A stretch of 25,708 bases of DNA from Nitrospirota bacterium (GCA_029858565.1 JAOUEV010000049.1:1-25708), one strand, 5' to 3'; positions 8,876 through 17,947 are shown, counted from the stretch's first letter. The notes: generated by a model from the sequence alone, not told the origin. Numbers and translations: made by a program.

Positions 8876-10195
8876 GTGCACGAAAGATTCATTCTGCCGC
8901 TGCTGGCATCGCTCGTTCTATCCTTTGCGATGCCGCAGGGGACGGCCCTTGCCCTGGAGAAGCCTTCGAGCAGGCCCGCTGCCGACCAGGGGATCGATCC
9001 CCAGTTCGATAAGCTGGCCAGGGAAGTTGTCGCGAACGTGGCGCCGCAAAAAAGAAAGATCGCGGTGATCGAGTTCTCGGATATGAACGGCCGCGTAACC
9101 AACCTGGGCAAGTTCATTGCCGAGGAGCTGACGACCCGTCTTTTTTCAACGGGCCGGTTCGAGGTGATCGAGCGGCAATTAATAACCAGGGTCCTGAAGG
9201 AACAGGAACTCGGCATGACCGGGCTCCTGGACGAGAAAAGCACGAAAAAGGTCGGCGCCATCCTGGGCGTGGATCTCCTGGTGACCGGAACGACCGCGGA
9301 CCTGGGGACGACCGTGAAGATCAACGCGCGGACCATCGCGACCGATACCGGCGCTGTGTACTCCGTTGCATCGGCGGTCCTGCCGAAGAACGATCAAATC
9401 ATGAAGCTGACAGGCACAGGCGCCGAGGACCGGGCAGATCCGGTCCGGACGGACGGGGGCTCTTCGCAAGCAGCAACACAGACCGCGAAGCGGGAGCCGA
9501 GTCGCGGCACGCGCACTCAGGACAACGCGAAAGGCATTATGATCAAAGGCGGGCTCTATTTTGACGGAAAACCCTTGTCGAACTATACAAAGGCATCCGC
9601 CACGCTCAGGATCTACACTCAGGACCTCGGCAAATGGGTCACGCCGGCCTATGAGTACGATCCCGAGACCGCGACCTTCACGCTCCATGTCATTGCTGAA
9701 GGCAGCTATTCCGTTAACGCGGAAGTGGATGCCAATGGAACGAATCCCGAGCGCTATCCCGGCGATTACAAAGGATCGGGCCATTTTTCCGCCTGGTTCA
9801 CCACCGCGCCCGTTGTCAAGATCGATATGGAAAAGATCATCCATCTCATCGAACCACAGGACAACGGCAAACCACAAGCGGGCTGGGGCGCCTGGTGCTT
9901 CAACAAGGTCCAGCTCGGGACACCCGTCCGCTTCTCCTGGGAGCCCGTTGAAAAGGATGTGTACTATACCTATACGGTCAATCGGACCGTGTGCTCGCCT
10001 TTTGCTCAAAAGGAAATGGTCGCCGGAGACACGACGACCGCAACGAGCGTCACCCTTGATCTGCCTCCGAACAATGACGGCGAGATCTATCTCCTGAAGA
10101 TCGAGGCACGAAAGAACGGCAGGAGCGTGGGTTCGATCATGGTGCACGGCGGCAACGGCTATGGATGGGATTACCGGTTCCGGGCGGTGAAGTAG
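8876..10195 (+). CDS. Secreted protein with N-terminal CsgG/FlgO-like domain and beta-rich C-terminal region
   Basis: GGAGG SD before GTG; signal peptide; KIAVIEF...LGKFIAEELTTRL...RFEVIER...VLKEQEL...GAILGVD resembles CsgG/FlgO/TolB-N folds. Confidence 0.75.
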   Translation: MHERFILPLLASLVLSFAMPQGTALALEKPSSRPAADQGIDPQFDKLAREVVANVAPQKRKIAVIEFSDMNGRVTNLGKFIAEELTTRLFSTGRFEVIERQLITRVLKEQELGMTGLLDEKSTKKVGAILGVDLLVTGTTADLGTTVKINARTIATDTGAVYSVASAVLPKNDQIMKLTGTGAEDRADPVRTDGGSSQAATQTAKREPSRGTRTQDNAKGIMIKGGLYFDGKPLSNYTKASATLRIYTQDLGKWVTPAYEYDPETATFTLHVIAEGSYSVNAEVDANGTNPERYPGDYKGSGHFSAWFTTAPVVKIDMEKIIHLIEPQDNGKPQAGWGAWCFNKVQLGTPVRFSWEPVEKDVYYTYTVNRTVCSPFAQKEMVAGDTTTATSVTLDLPPNNDGEIYLLKIEARKNGRSVGSIMVHGGNGYGWDYRFRAVK

Positions 10196-10280
10196 AAAAG
10201 CGGCAGGTCGGGTAGATTGAGGTGAACCCCGACGTTCAGTGCGGAAAGTCCGACTATCGCGTTAAACCCAGGAGCACACC

Positions 10281-11255
10281 GTGAACGATCATCGAAATTC
10301 CATTCTCCACTGGGCTCAGCAGGCCAGCCTTGCTCCGGGATGCGTCGAGCAGGCAATGCGGGAAGCGGGCCAACTCCCGACCAGGTCCGATTGGCAACGT
10401 TTCATCGATCGGCTGCTGCTCTGGGGCGGGGCGGTGCTGCTTGCCGTGGGCGTCATCTTCTTCTTTGCCTACAACTGGAATGAGATCGGAAGGGTCGCCC
10501 GGCTCTGGTTGGCTGAATTCCTCGTTGCTGGCGCCGTTGCCGCCAGCGCGGCGCTCGGTACGGACAGACCTGCAGGCAAAGCGTCGCTCTTCGCTGCAGC
10601 CTTGCTGACCGGCGCGCTGCTGGCCTTGTTCGGCCAGACCTACCAGACCGGCGCGGATACTTACGAACTGTTCATCACCTGGGCAGCGGCCATTCTTCCC
10701 TGGACGCTCGTTGGCCGTTTGCCCGCGCTCTGGGTGCTGCTGATCGCGCTCGTCAACACTGCGATCACGCTCTACTTCACCGTGTTTCCCGGCATCTTCG
10801 GCCTGCTGTTCAGCACGGAAAAAGAGCTCTGGCTGCTGTTCGCCTTCAATACGGCGGCGCTCTTCCTGTGGGAGCTCTTCAGCAGGAACATCGAATGGCT
10901 GCGCGAACGATGGGCCGCCCGGCTGCTGGGATTCGCAAGCGGCAGCCTGATCACCGCTCTTGCGATGTTCGCTATCTTCAATCATAGAGCGGAATTCGGC
11001 TTCGCGACCGTTCTTGTCTATCCTCTGTGGCTCGCCGCGATCTATTCCTGCTACCGCCGGATCATCAAGGACCTCTTTCTTCTGGCAGGCGGCGTGCTGA
11101 GCATTGTTATTGTCACGGCATCATTGCTTGCCAAGGCGATGGACCGCGGCGGCTCCGACGGCGGGGTTTTTCTGTTCATCGGACTCGTTGTCATCGGCCT
11201 GTCCAGCCTGGGCAGCATGTGGCTGAAGAACCTGGCCCGGGAGGATGTGCGATGA
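10281..11255 (+). CDS. DUF2157-type multi-pass membrane protein
   Basis: AGGAG SD; GVIFFFAYNW and GQTYQTGAD...LF..WA motifs; about 9 hydrophobic helices. Confidence 0.8.
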   Translation: MNDHRNSILHWAQQASLAPGCVEQAMREAGQLPTRSDWQRFIDRLLLWGGAVLLAVGVIFFFAYNWNEIGRVARLWLAEFLVAGAVAASAALGTDRPAGKASLFAAALLTGALLALFGQTYQTGADTYELFITWAAAILPWTLVGRLPALWVLLIALVNTAITLYFTVFPGIFGLLFSTEKELWLLFAFNTAALFLWELFSRNIEWLRERWAARLLGFASGSLITALAMFAIFNHRAEFGFATVLVYPLWLAAIYSCYRRIIKDLFLLAGGVLSIVIVTASLLAKAMDRGGSDGGVFLFIGLVVIGLSSLGSMWLKNLAREDVR

Positions 11256-12337
11256 GCGCGCTGACCACTGAACAGCTCTGGGATCGTCTCGCGGAGAAGA
11301 AGCTTGTCGCAGGAGAGATGCCGCCTGCAGGCGAACAGCATTCGCCGTGGTTCGTGCGCGTGATGCTGGGTTTTGCCGGCTGGATCGGCGCGCTGTTCCT
11401 GCTCGGCTTCATGGGCGCGGCATTGTCCTTTGTGATGAGAAGCGGCACTGCGTCGCTCGTAACCGGTATCATTGTTTGCGCCGGCGCCGCTGTCATCTTC
11501 CGGCTTGCGCAGGAAAAGGATTTTGCGGTCCAGTTCGGACTGGCAACGAGTTTCGCAGGCCAGGCGCTGTTCATCTTCGGGCTCTTTGAAACAGTTCATT
11601 GGCGGGGCGGTTTCGGGTATGTAAGCGTGGCGGTCTTTGAAGCAGTTCTTGCCGCGGTCGTTGCGAATGAGATCCACCGTGCCGCCACCGCGTTCGCGGC
11701 CGCGGTCAGCTTGAGCCTCGCCCTGTGGTGGTATGGAGTGCCCTCTCTCGCTCCCGCCTTTATCACGGTTGCGTTCGCCGTGATCTGGCTGAGCGAATTC
11801 TCCTGGGCGGACCGCGGCTCTGTTCTCAGGCCGGTCGGCTACAGCCTTGTCCTTGCCGCGCTCTACTGCAATGGAGCGCTGCTCATGCACGGCTACTCAT
11901 GGATGCCGGGACGGGGAATCAGCAGTCCCATGCTGTCCAGGCTCTCCTCTTGGACAGGCAGTCTCGTTGCCATCTCGGTCTTCCTGTACACGGTGTATCA
12001 CCTGGCCCGTCGCGAAGGATTCGGCATCAAGGACCGGCCGGCGCAGGCAGCGCTTCTTGCCGTAACCGTGATCGCGCTGACGTCGTTCAAGGCACCCGGC
12101 ATCGCAGCGGGCCTTGTGGTTGTGCTGCTGGGCTATGCCAATGCCAACCGGGTGCTGACCGGCCTCGGCCTGTTCTCGCTCATTGCATATCTCTCCCTGT
12201 ACTATTATCAGCTGCAGACGACGCTGCTGGTAAAATCCCTGTCGCTCATTGCCACGGGCCTGGTGCTGCTGACAGCGCGGTTCGCGCTCAACAGGCTGTG
12301 GCCTGTTGCCTCGCGGGAAGGAGAGGGCCATGCGTAG
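11252..12337 (+). CDS. DUF4401-type multi-pass membrane protein
   Basis: ATGA overlap with upstream stop; SPWFVRVMLGFAGWIGA and YYYQLQTTLLVKS motifs; many TM helices. Confidence 0.8.
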   Translation: MSALTTEQLWDRLAEKKLVAGEMPPAGEQHSPWFVRVMLGFAGWIGALFLLGFMGAALSFVMRSGTASLVTGIIVCAGAAVIFRLAQEKDFAVQFGLATSFAGQALFIFGLFETVHWRGGFGYVSVAVFEAVLAAVVANEIHRAATAFAAAVSLSLALWWYGVPSLAPAFITVAFAVIWLSEFSWADRGSVLRPVGYSLVLAALYCNGALLMHGYSWMPGRGISSPMLSRLSSWTGSLVAISVFLYTVYHLARREGFGIKDRPAQAALLAVTVIALTSFKAPGIAAGLVVVLLGYANANRVLTGLGLFSLIAYLSLYYYQLQTTLLVKSLSLIATGLVLLTARFALNRLWPVASREGEGHA

Positions 12338-12836
12338 GATCATCATAGCGCTGACAGGACTTCTGATCCTGGCAGGTGTTGCTGTTTCGATCTCCAACAA
12401 AGAGATGCTGCTGGTGACCGGCAGGGTCGTGCTGCTGGAGCTGGCGCCGGTTGACCCGCGCTCGCTTATGCAGGGCGACTACATGGCCCTGCGTTTCAAG
12501 GCAGCCAATGAAGCTTTCGGGATCCGTCCGGACCAAGCGTCTCTGCCCACGGACGGGAGGATCGTGCTGTCGGTGAACGAGGACGGCGTGGCAACGTTCA
12601 AGCGGCTCGATATTGGCGCCCCCCTGGCAGCCGGCGAAGTTGCAATGCGGTACCGCATCCGGGACCATAAGCCCAAGTTCGCCACGAACGCGTTCTTTTT
12701 CCAGGAAGGCCATGCGCAGGATTACGCCAAGGCCCGCTACGGCGAGTTCCGCGTTGCCGATTCCGGTGAATGCATCCTCACCGGACTGCGCGACGAGAAC
12801 CTGGTGTTGCTGGGGTCGCAGAACGCGCGGCAGTAA
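12330..12836 (+). CDS. GDYXXLXY-family membrane-anchored protein
   Basis: N-terminal TM; LELAPVDPRSLMQGDYMALRF signature; FFFQEG. Overlaps the upstream stop. Confidence 0.88.
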   Translation: MRRIIIALTGLLILAGVAVSISNKEMLLVTGRVVLLELAPVDPRSLMQGDYMALRFKAANEAFGIRPDQASLPTDGRIVLSVNEDGVATFKRLDIGAPLAAGEVAMRYRIRDHKPKFATNAFFFQEGHAQDYAKARYGEFRVADSGECILTGLRDENLVLLGSQNARQ

Positions 12837-12916
12837 GGGAACGTCAGGGCTATGCAGCAATGGCGAAAGTGCAGTTCCATACCGCAATTTCATCAGCAAT
12901 GTCGCACAATCTGCTT

Positions 12917-14146
12917 ATGAATAAACCGTTCACCCTGCTTGTCCTGCTGGCCCTGCCGACCATCTGCCATGCTGACTATGAGCTGCGCCTGAATGACGGG
13001 GTCACGCTTATCTGGCCCGACTATTCCATCGAGGGGAACCAGTACTGCACCCGCAGAGAGTACGGCAGTTTCTGCGTGCAGAAGCGCGATGTGGTCTCCC
13101 TGAAGAAGGTCCAGGGCGGCCCCGGCAATGCGTCCCCCCTGAACAGGGCTCCGTCGCACGCGCGCGCAGCAGCCGCGGCGCCACGTATGGTCGACGGGAT
13201 CCCGGTCAGCGGAACAGATGCCGCAGGCGCCGACCTCTTTGATGAGGTGATGGTGCGCGCCATGAAACGGATCAACTGCACCGCCGCGGCGGTGGCTGTG
13301 GCGGATCGAGGGGTCATGGTGCACTCGCGCGGCTATGGCTGGCTGGACAAGGAGAAGAAGGTTCCCCTTCCGGCAGATGCCATGATCGGGATCGCCAGTT
13401 GTGAAAAGCCGGTTACGGCGGCTGCCATCAAGCATCTGGCGCGAAACGGAGGTCTGGACCTCGATGCAGGCCTGTTCGCGCTCCTGAAGGTCCGGCCGCA
13501 GGGGCCGGTACGGGATGAGCGGATCCACAGCATCTCGATCCGCCATGTGCTCGAGCACAAGGCCGGATGGGGGCCGGATCCCGCCTCGGGAGCTGCCGAT
13601 GCCCTGCGTAAGGCCGGAGGTTCAGATCCACTGCCATTAGAAGCAATCCTTTCCCGTGTCATGACCCATCCGCTCAAGAACGCGCCCGGCACGGTGAGCG
13701 AGTACTGCAATTTCGGTTACGATACGCTCCGCCACGTGCTTGAGCGCTTCTCCGGAAAACGGCCGGACGACTACTTCCGGAACGTGCTTTTCCAGCCTGA
13801 GCTGGTCCTCGGATTTTATGGTTCAGGCGCGCCGCTTCCGAAAGACGCGCCGCCCCTTGTCTGGAATGCGGCAACCGGAGGACCGATCAGCGCATCGGCT
13901 CCCGCACTGCTGAAGTTCATGCGCCGCTACTGGCTAACGGGCGAGCCGCGGGACAGTGGAAATCCTCTCTGGGTCATGTACGGGAGCCTGGACGGATCAA
14001 CAGCGATAATGATATGGCGGTCCGACGGCATTGACCTGGTGGCCCTCTTCAATGGAAGAGGAAGCGTCAGCCACGATGAGATCTCCCGGGACCTGCAGGC
14101 GGTGATCGACCGGATCAAGGATGCCCGCGGCGGCAGTCTGCTGTAA
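12917..14146 (+). CDS. Secreted serine hydrolase (beta-lactamase/PBP-like superfamily) with small N-terminal domain
   Basis: Signal peptide MNKPFTLLVLLALPTICHA; SxxK (IASCEK), I-R-H-V-L-E-H-x-A-G, P-G-x-x-x-x-YCN (YxN), GSLDGS. Confidence 0.75.
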   Translation: MNKPFTLLVLLALPTICHADYELRLNDGVTLIWPDYSIEGNQYCTRREYGSFCVQKRDVVSLKKVQGGPGNASPLNRAPSHARAAAAAPRMVDGIPVSGTDAAGADLFDEVMVRAMKRINCTAAAVAVADRGVMVHSRGYGWLDKEKKVPLPADAMIGIASCEKPVTAAAIKHLARNGGLDLDAGLFALLKVRPQGPVRDERIHSISIRHVLEHKAGWGPDPASGAADALRKAGGSDPLPLEAILSRVMTHPLKNAPGTVSEYCNFGYDTLRHVLERFSGKRPDDYFRNVLFQPELVLGFYGSGAPLPKDAPPLVWNAATGGPISASAPALLKFMRRYWLTGEPRDSGNPLWVMYGSLDGSTAIMIWRSDGIDLVALFNGRGSVSHDEISRDLQAVIDRIKDARGGSLL

Positions 14147-14226
14147 TGCGATTCCCTTTTACAGGGGTCATTAGGATTAAGCCCTGTGAATTGACGCATG
14201 ACATTTCAGGCGTGTGAATGCCGGGG

Positions 14227-14352
14227 GTTGTGGGCGGCGTTTCTTTCTGACCGGCATCTTCATGGTGGGATATGCAATGTTTTCGAGGTCAGGCGCGATT
14301 ATTAAGGTATTGAAGATCGCCGCCACAGGGATGCCGGTCTCTAGCCCGCAAC
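14227..14352. repeat. Imperfect long inverted repeat (REP/MITE-like)
   Basis: GACCGGCATC (14249-14258) pairs perfectly with GATGCCGGTC (14330-14339). Outer GTTGTGGGC (14227-14235) pairs with GCCCGCAAC (14344-14352) with one G-T pair. Confidence 0.5.
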
Positions 14353-14359
14353 AATTTCC

Positions 14360-14399
14360 TTTACAGCGCTCCGGGCAATGTTATAATGTCGTTATAACA
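14360..14399 (+). promoter_or_regulatory. sigma70 promoter and palindromic operator of the TA operon
   Basis: TTTACA (14360-14365) and TGnTATAAT (14379-14387); inverted repeat TGTTATAA-N5-TTATAACA (14379-14399) covers the -10; AGGAGG SD follows. Confidence 0.75.
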
Positions 14400-14413
14400 C
14401 TCAGGAGGCGACA

Positions 14414-14662
14414 ATGCACAGAAAGGTCGTTGCCATAGGGAACAGCAAGGGGGTGTCGATCCCGGTCGAGATACTGAACAAGCTCGATCTCGCCGCCGGC
14501 TCGGACGTGAATGTCGAGCTGGATGAAGAGCAGGAAAGGATCGTGATCGCCCCGGTCAGAAAGAAGCGGAAGGTGCCGGGGATCGACAAGGCGTTCGCCG
14601 GTCAGGTGAATGAGTTCATTGAGAAGTACGGCCCCGCGCTGAAGGAACTTGCGAAGAAGTGA
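14414..14662 (+). CDS. AbrB/MazE/SpoVT-family antitoxin
   Basis: RKVVAIGNSKGVSIP...L..GSDV swapped-hairpin motif; C-terminal EFIEKYGPALKELAK; overlaps the toxin start (GTGA). Confidence 0.9.
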   Translation: MHRKVVAIGNSKGVSIPVEILNKLDLAAGSDVNVELDEEQERIVIAPVRKKRKVPGIDKAFAGQVNEFIEKYGPALKELAKK

Positions 14663-15045
14663 GGTACCTGACGGCGGAACAGGTGCTCTTTATCCATGCG
14701 CGGCTCGTCACTGAGACGGGGGGCATGCACGGCGTGCGGGACGTCGGGCTGTTGAGGTCGGCTGTTGAGCGGCCGCGGGCGACCTTTGGAGGAAAGGACC
14801 TGTACCGCGATCTGTTCCACAAGGCGGCGGCGCTCATGGAGTCGCTCATCGGCAATCATCCTTTCCTCGACGGGAACAAGCGTACCGCTATCTCCGCTGC
14901 AGGGCTTTTCCTGATGCTGAATGGCTATGAGCTTAATGCGTCGCAGAAGGAACTCGAGACCTTTACCCTGGATATGGCCCTCAAGAAGAGGGATGTTCAG
15001 GATGCGGCCGCATGGTTCCGAAAACATTCCACGCCGACATCTTAG
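14659..15045 (+). CDS. doc: Death-on-curing (Fic/Doc) family toxin
   Basis: GGMHGVRDVGLLRSA, KAAAL and Doc-type motif HPFLDGNKRTA. Confidence 0.92.
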   Translation: MRYLTAEQVLFIHARLVTETGGMHGVRDVGLLRSAVERPRATFGGKDLYRDLFHKAAALMESLIGNHPFLDGNKRTAISAAGLFLMLNGYELNASQKELETFTLDMALKKRDVQDAAAWFRKHSTPTS

Positions 15046-15046
15046 C

Positions 15047-15276
15047 AACGTTGGAGACAACAAGAGGAATCCCGGCAGTATCCTCGCGAAGCCCTTGAAT
15101 GATCTTTTTGAGACAGCATCTCCGACGGAGATCATGGCTCGTTTGCGCGCGAATGCCGGATTTCCTCCTATGACGCTTCCTATCTCGATCAGGCGATGAG
15201 ACGGGGGCTTCCCTTGGCTGCGCAGGATAAAGCACGTGCAATCGCGGCGAAGCGTTGTGGAATCCCGCTCCTCTGA
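15047..15276 (+). pseudogene. vapC: Decayed VapC/PIN-domain toxin C-terminal remnant
   Basis: 15145-15276 translates ARECRISSYDASYLDQAMRRGLPLAAQDKARAIAAKRCGIPLL*, matching the VapC YDAxY.LA....PL.T.D..L..AA...G pattern. The upstream part (...LNDL...EIMA) is in another frame, and there is no N-terminus. Confidence 0.75.
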
Positions 15277-15464
15277 TCACCCTCTCAGCATGCTGCGTCC
15301 GGTTGGTATCCGTGCTGGATCGGGCGCTTGCATGATCGCACTTTCCAAAGATACGTTTACGTTCGGAATCCACGACAGGCTTATTTTGACGCCCTCTTGA
15401 TCATCCTTAAAAGTTTTGAGTTATAATTGTCTCAGATAAGAATCTCTCTTCACAAGGAGCACAC

Positions 15465-15962
15465 ATGGACGGCAAACGGGTAAGCGACAGCAGCGTCACC
15501 ATGGCGCAGATGATGATCCCCCAGGACGCGAACCCCGCGGGGAACGTGCACGGCGGGGTGGTGGTCAAGATCATCGACGAGGCGGCAGGGGTCGTGGCCG
15601 CGCGTCACGCGCGCACCAATGTGGTCACCGCGTCCATCGACCGCATGGACTTTCACTATCCCATCTTCGTGGGCGACCTGCTGTTCTTCAAGGCGAGCCT
15701 GAACTATGTGGGACGCACCTCCATGGAGATCGGCGTGCGGGTGGAGGCGGAGAACCTCATGACCGGCGTGGTGCGCCACGCGGCATCAGCCTATCTCACC
15801 TTTGTCTCCATTGATCCAAAGGGCAAGCCCCTGCCGGCGCCGCAGCTGATCCTCGAAACCGAGGACGAGCGGCGCAGGAACTGCGAGGCAAAGGCCCGTC
15901 GCGCGACGCGGCTTGCAGAGCGCAACAAGGAAGGCGGCTGCACCGGGGACAGCAAGCGCTGA
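15465..15962 (+). CDS. Acyl-CoA thioesterase (hotdog fold, YciA-like)
   Basis: AAGGAG SD; PQDANPAGNVHGG, DEAAG, VVTASID..DF..PI..GD, VGRTSMEIGV, AYLTFV. Confidence 0.93.
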   Translation: MDGKRVSDSSVTMAQMMIPQDANPAGNVHGGVVVKIIDEAAGVVAARHARTNVVTASIDRMDFHYPIFVGDLLFFKASLNYVGRTSMEIGVRVEAENLMTGVVRHAASAYLTFVSIDPKGKPLPAPQLILETEDERRRNCEAKARRATRLAERNKEGGCTGDSKR

Positions 15963-15978
15963 TCCGGAGGGATATATC

Positions 15979-17742
15979 GTGCTTGATCGCAGTGCTCTTG
16001 TCAAAATGATCTTTCCCCTGGCCGCCTGGTGGCCGCTGGTCAGCAAGCGAAGCCTTCGCAACGACCTGATGGCCGGTCTTACCGGCGCGGTCATTGTTCT
16101 TCCCCAGGGTGTGGCTTTTGCCATGATCGCGGGACTGCCGCCTGAGTACGGTCTCTACACGGCTATCGTCCCCGCCATAATCGCCGCTCTCTTTGGATCG
16201 TCCCATCATCTGGTCTCCGGACCTACGACCGCCATTTCCATCGTGCTGTTCACGACCGTCAGCCCCCTTGCGCCGGCAGGCAGCATGACCTATATCGAGA
16301 TGGTCCTGACGATCACTTTCCTGGCCGGCATGTTCCAGTTGTCCCTGGGCGTGGCGCGGCTCGGAGCGCTCGTCAATTTCGTGTCCCATTCCGTGGTCGT
16401 GGGCTTCACCTCGGGCGCGGCGCTGCTGATCGCCACGAGCCAGCTCAACAACTTTCTCGGCATTCCCGGCTCAAAGCGCCACGCTTTTATCCATGTCTGG
16501 GCTGATCTGCTGACGCATCTCTCGGGCATCAATCCGGTCGTTGTCTCCATCTCGATCACGACGCTGCTGTGCGCGCTGGTGTTCAAGCGCTATTTGCCGA
16601 AACTGCCCGGCATGCTCTTCGCCATGGTCATCGGGAGCGGGCTTTCGCTTCTGCTGAACGGCAAGGAGCACGGCGTGCGGCTCGTCGGGTCGCTTCCGGC
16701 ACATCTGCCTCCGTTCTCGCTGCCCGACCTTTCGACCGCGAACATCCGGAGCCTCGCGCCTGCCGCGCTGGCGGTCTCCATGCTCGGCCTGGCGGAAGCG
16801 GTATCGATCGCACGCGCGGTTGCCACACGCTCGCACCAGCGCATTGACGCGAACCAGGAGTTCATCGGCCAGGGACTCGCGAACATGGTCGGCAGTTTCT
16901 TTTCAAGCTACGCTTCGTCGGGTTCCTTCACCCGCACGGGCGTGAACTTCGATGCCGGAGCAAGGACGCCTCTGGCAGCGGTCTTTGCCGCTCTGGCGCT
17001 GACGCTGATACTGCTCCTGATCGCGCCGCTCACGGCCTACCTCCCCATCCCGGCAATGGCAGGCGTGCTCCTGCTTGTGGCATGGAACCTGATCGACTTT
17101 CACCATATCAGAACGATCATCAGAACAAGTCCCCAGGAAGCGGGCGTGCTGGCGGTCACTCTGCTTGCGACGCTGCTCGTGGAGCTGGAGTTCGCGATCT
17201 ATGTGGGCGTCATGCTCTCGCTGCTGCTCTACCTGAACCGCACGTCCCATCCCGGGTTCGTGACGCTCGTGGCTGACCACTCGGACGATCGGCAGCGGTT
17301 CGTGAACATCGAGCGCATGGACCTGCCGGAATGTCCGCAGCTCAAGATCCTGCGGGTCGATGGCTCGCTCTTCTTCGGCGCAGTGAACCACTTTGCCGAG
17401 GAGTTGCACTCCGCCGCGCGGGAGAGCCCGGAGCAGGCCCATATCCTGATCGTTGGGGGCGGGATCAATTTCATCGATGTGGCAGGGGCCGAGGTCCTGG
17501 CGAACGAGGCCCATCGCCTCCACATGGAGGGCAGGAAGTTGTACCTCTGCTCGATGAAAGGCGAGGTGGTCGAGACGCTGCACCGCGGCGGGTACGCGGA
17601 CCGTATCGGCGAGGAGAACATCCTGGGATCCAAGAAAGCGGCGATCCGAGCGCTCGTTCCGAGGCTGGACCCGGAGCGGTGCCGCATCTGCAAGCTCCGG
17701 GTGTTCAATGAGTGCGATCTGATGCCGGGACCGGGAGCGTGA
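15979..17742 (+). CDS. sulP: SulP/SLC26 inorganic anion transporter with STAS domain
   Basis: GGAGG SD before GTG 15979; DLMAGLTGA.IVLPQGVAFA.IAGLPP.YGLY, GPTTAIS, ANQEFIGQG, SSGSFTR; STAS DGSLFFGA. Confidence 0.95.
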   Translation: MLDRSALVKMIFPLAAWWPLVSKRSLRNDLMAGLTGAVIVLPQGVAFAMIAGLPPEYGLYTAIVPAIIAALFGSSHHLVSGPTTAISIVLFTTVSPLAPAGSMTYIEMVLTITFLAGMFQLSLGVARLGALVNFVSHSVVVGFTSGAALLIATSQLNNFLGIPGSKRHAFIHVWADLLTHLSGINPVVVSISITTLLCALVFKRYLPKLPGMLFAMVIGSGLSLLLNGKEHGVRLVGSLPAHLPPFSLPDLSTANIRSLAPAALAVSMLGLAEAVSIARAVATRSHQRIDANQEFIGQGLANMVGSFFSSYASSGSFTRTGVNFDAGARTPLAAVFAALALTLILLLIAPLTAYLPIPAMAGVLLLVAWNLIDFHHIRTIIRTSPQEAGVLAVTLLATLLVELEFAIYVGVMLSLLLYLNRTSHPGFVTLVADHSDDRQRFVNIERMDLPECPQLKILRVDGSLFFGAVNHFAEELHSAARESPEQAHILIVGGGINFIDVAGAEVLANEAHRLHMEGRKLYLCSMKGEVVETLHRGGYADRIGEENILGSKKAAIRALVPRLDPERCRICKLRVFNECDLMPGPGA

Positions 17743-17779
17743 AGCCGATCATTCGGAGTGCAAAGGGGCAGGAATCTTT

Positions 17780-17878
17780 TCGCGCAAAGCCGCAAAGACG
17801 CCAAGAAAGATGCGGTAGACCTTTGACAATAGAATCAGGTGGTCTCGCTTTTCTTTGCGGCTTGGCGCCTTTGCGCGA
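17780..17878. repeat. Inverted repeat of 8-bp CGC(A/C)AAGN units
   Basis: TCGCGCAAAGCCGCAAAGACGCCAAGAAA (17780-17808) vs the reverse complement of 17850-17878: 25/29 identical. Confidence 0.8.
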
Positions 17879-17947
17879 GATGATCTTCTGATTTTGTCTA
17901 AGCTTCTGCCATGACCTGTTCAGAAGGAAATACTCGGAGCAAGCGGT

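Noticed and set aside
10203-10233. Degenerate REP-like hairpin GTCGGG...CCCGAC
   Set aside because: Only a 6-bp stem with no intact GTAG end; too weak to call.
11027-11251. ORF-track extended starts (11027, also 2613, 12770, 15913, 23734)
   Set aside because: They overlap neighbouring genes, repeats or promoters; downstream starts have an SD, coupling or signal peptides.
12917-14146. Antibiotic-resistance beta-lactamase
   Set aside because: Only superfamily-level motifs are present and the KTG-type triad is absent, so resistance cannot be claimed.
14214-14438. 74-aa ORF upstream of the antitoxin
   Set aside because: It runs through an inverted repeat and the TA promoter, with no SD or recognisable motif.
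6016-15400. Intact prophage, integron or ICE
   Set aside because: No integrase, transposase, attC-like array, phage or conjugation genes were seen; only an accessory-looking gene run and one direct-repeat scar.
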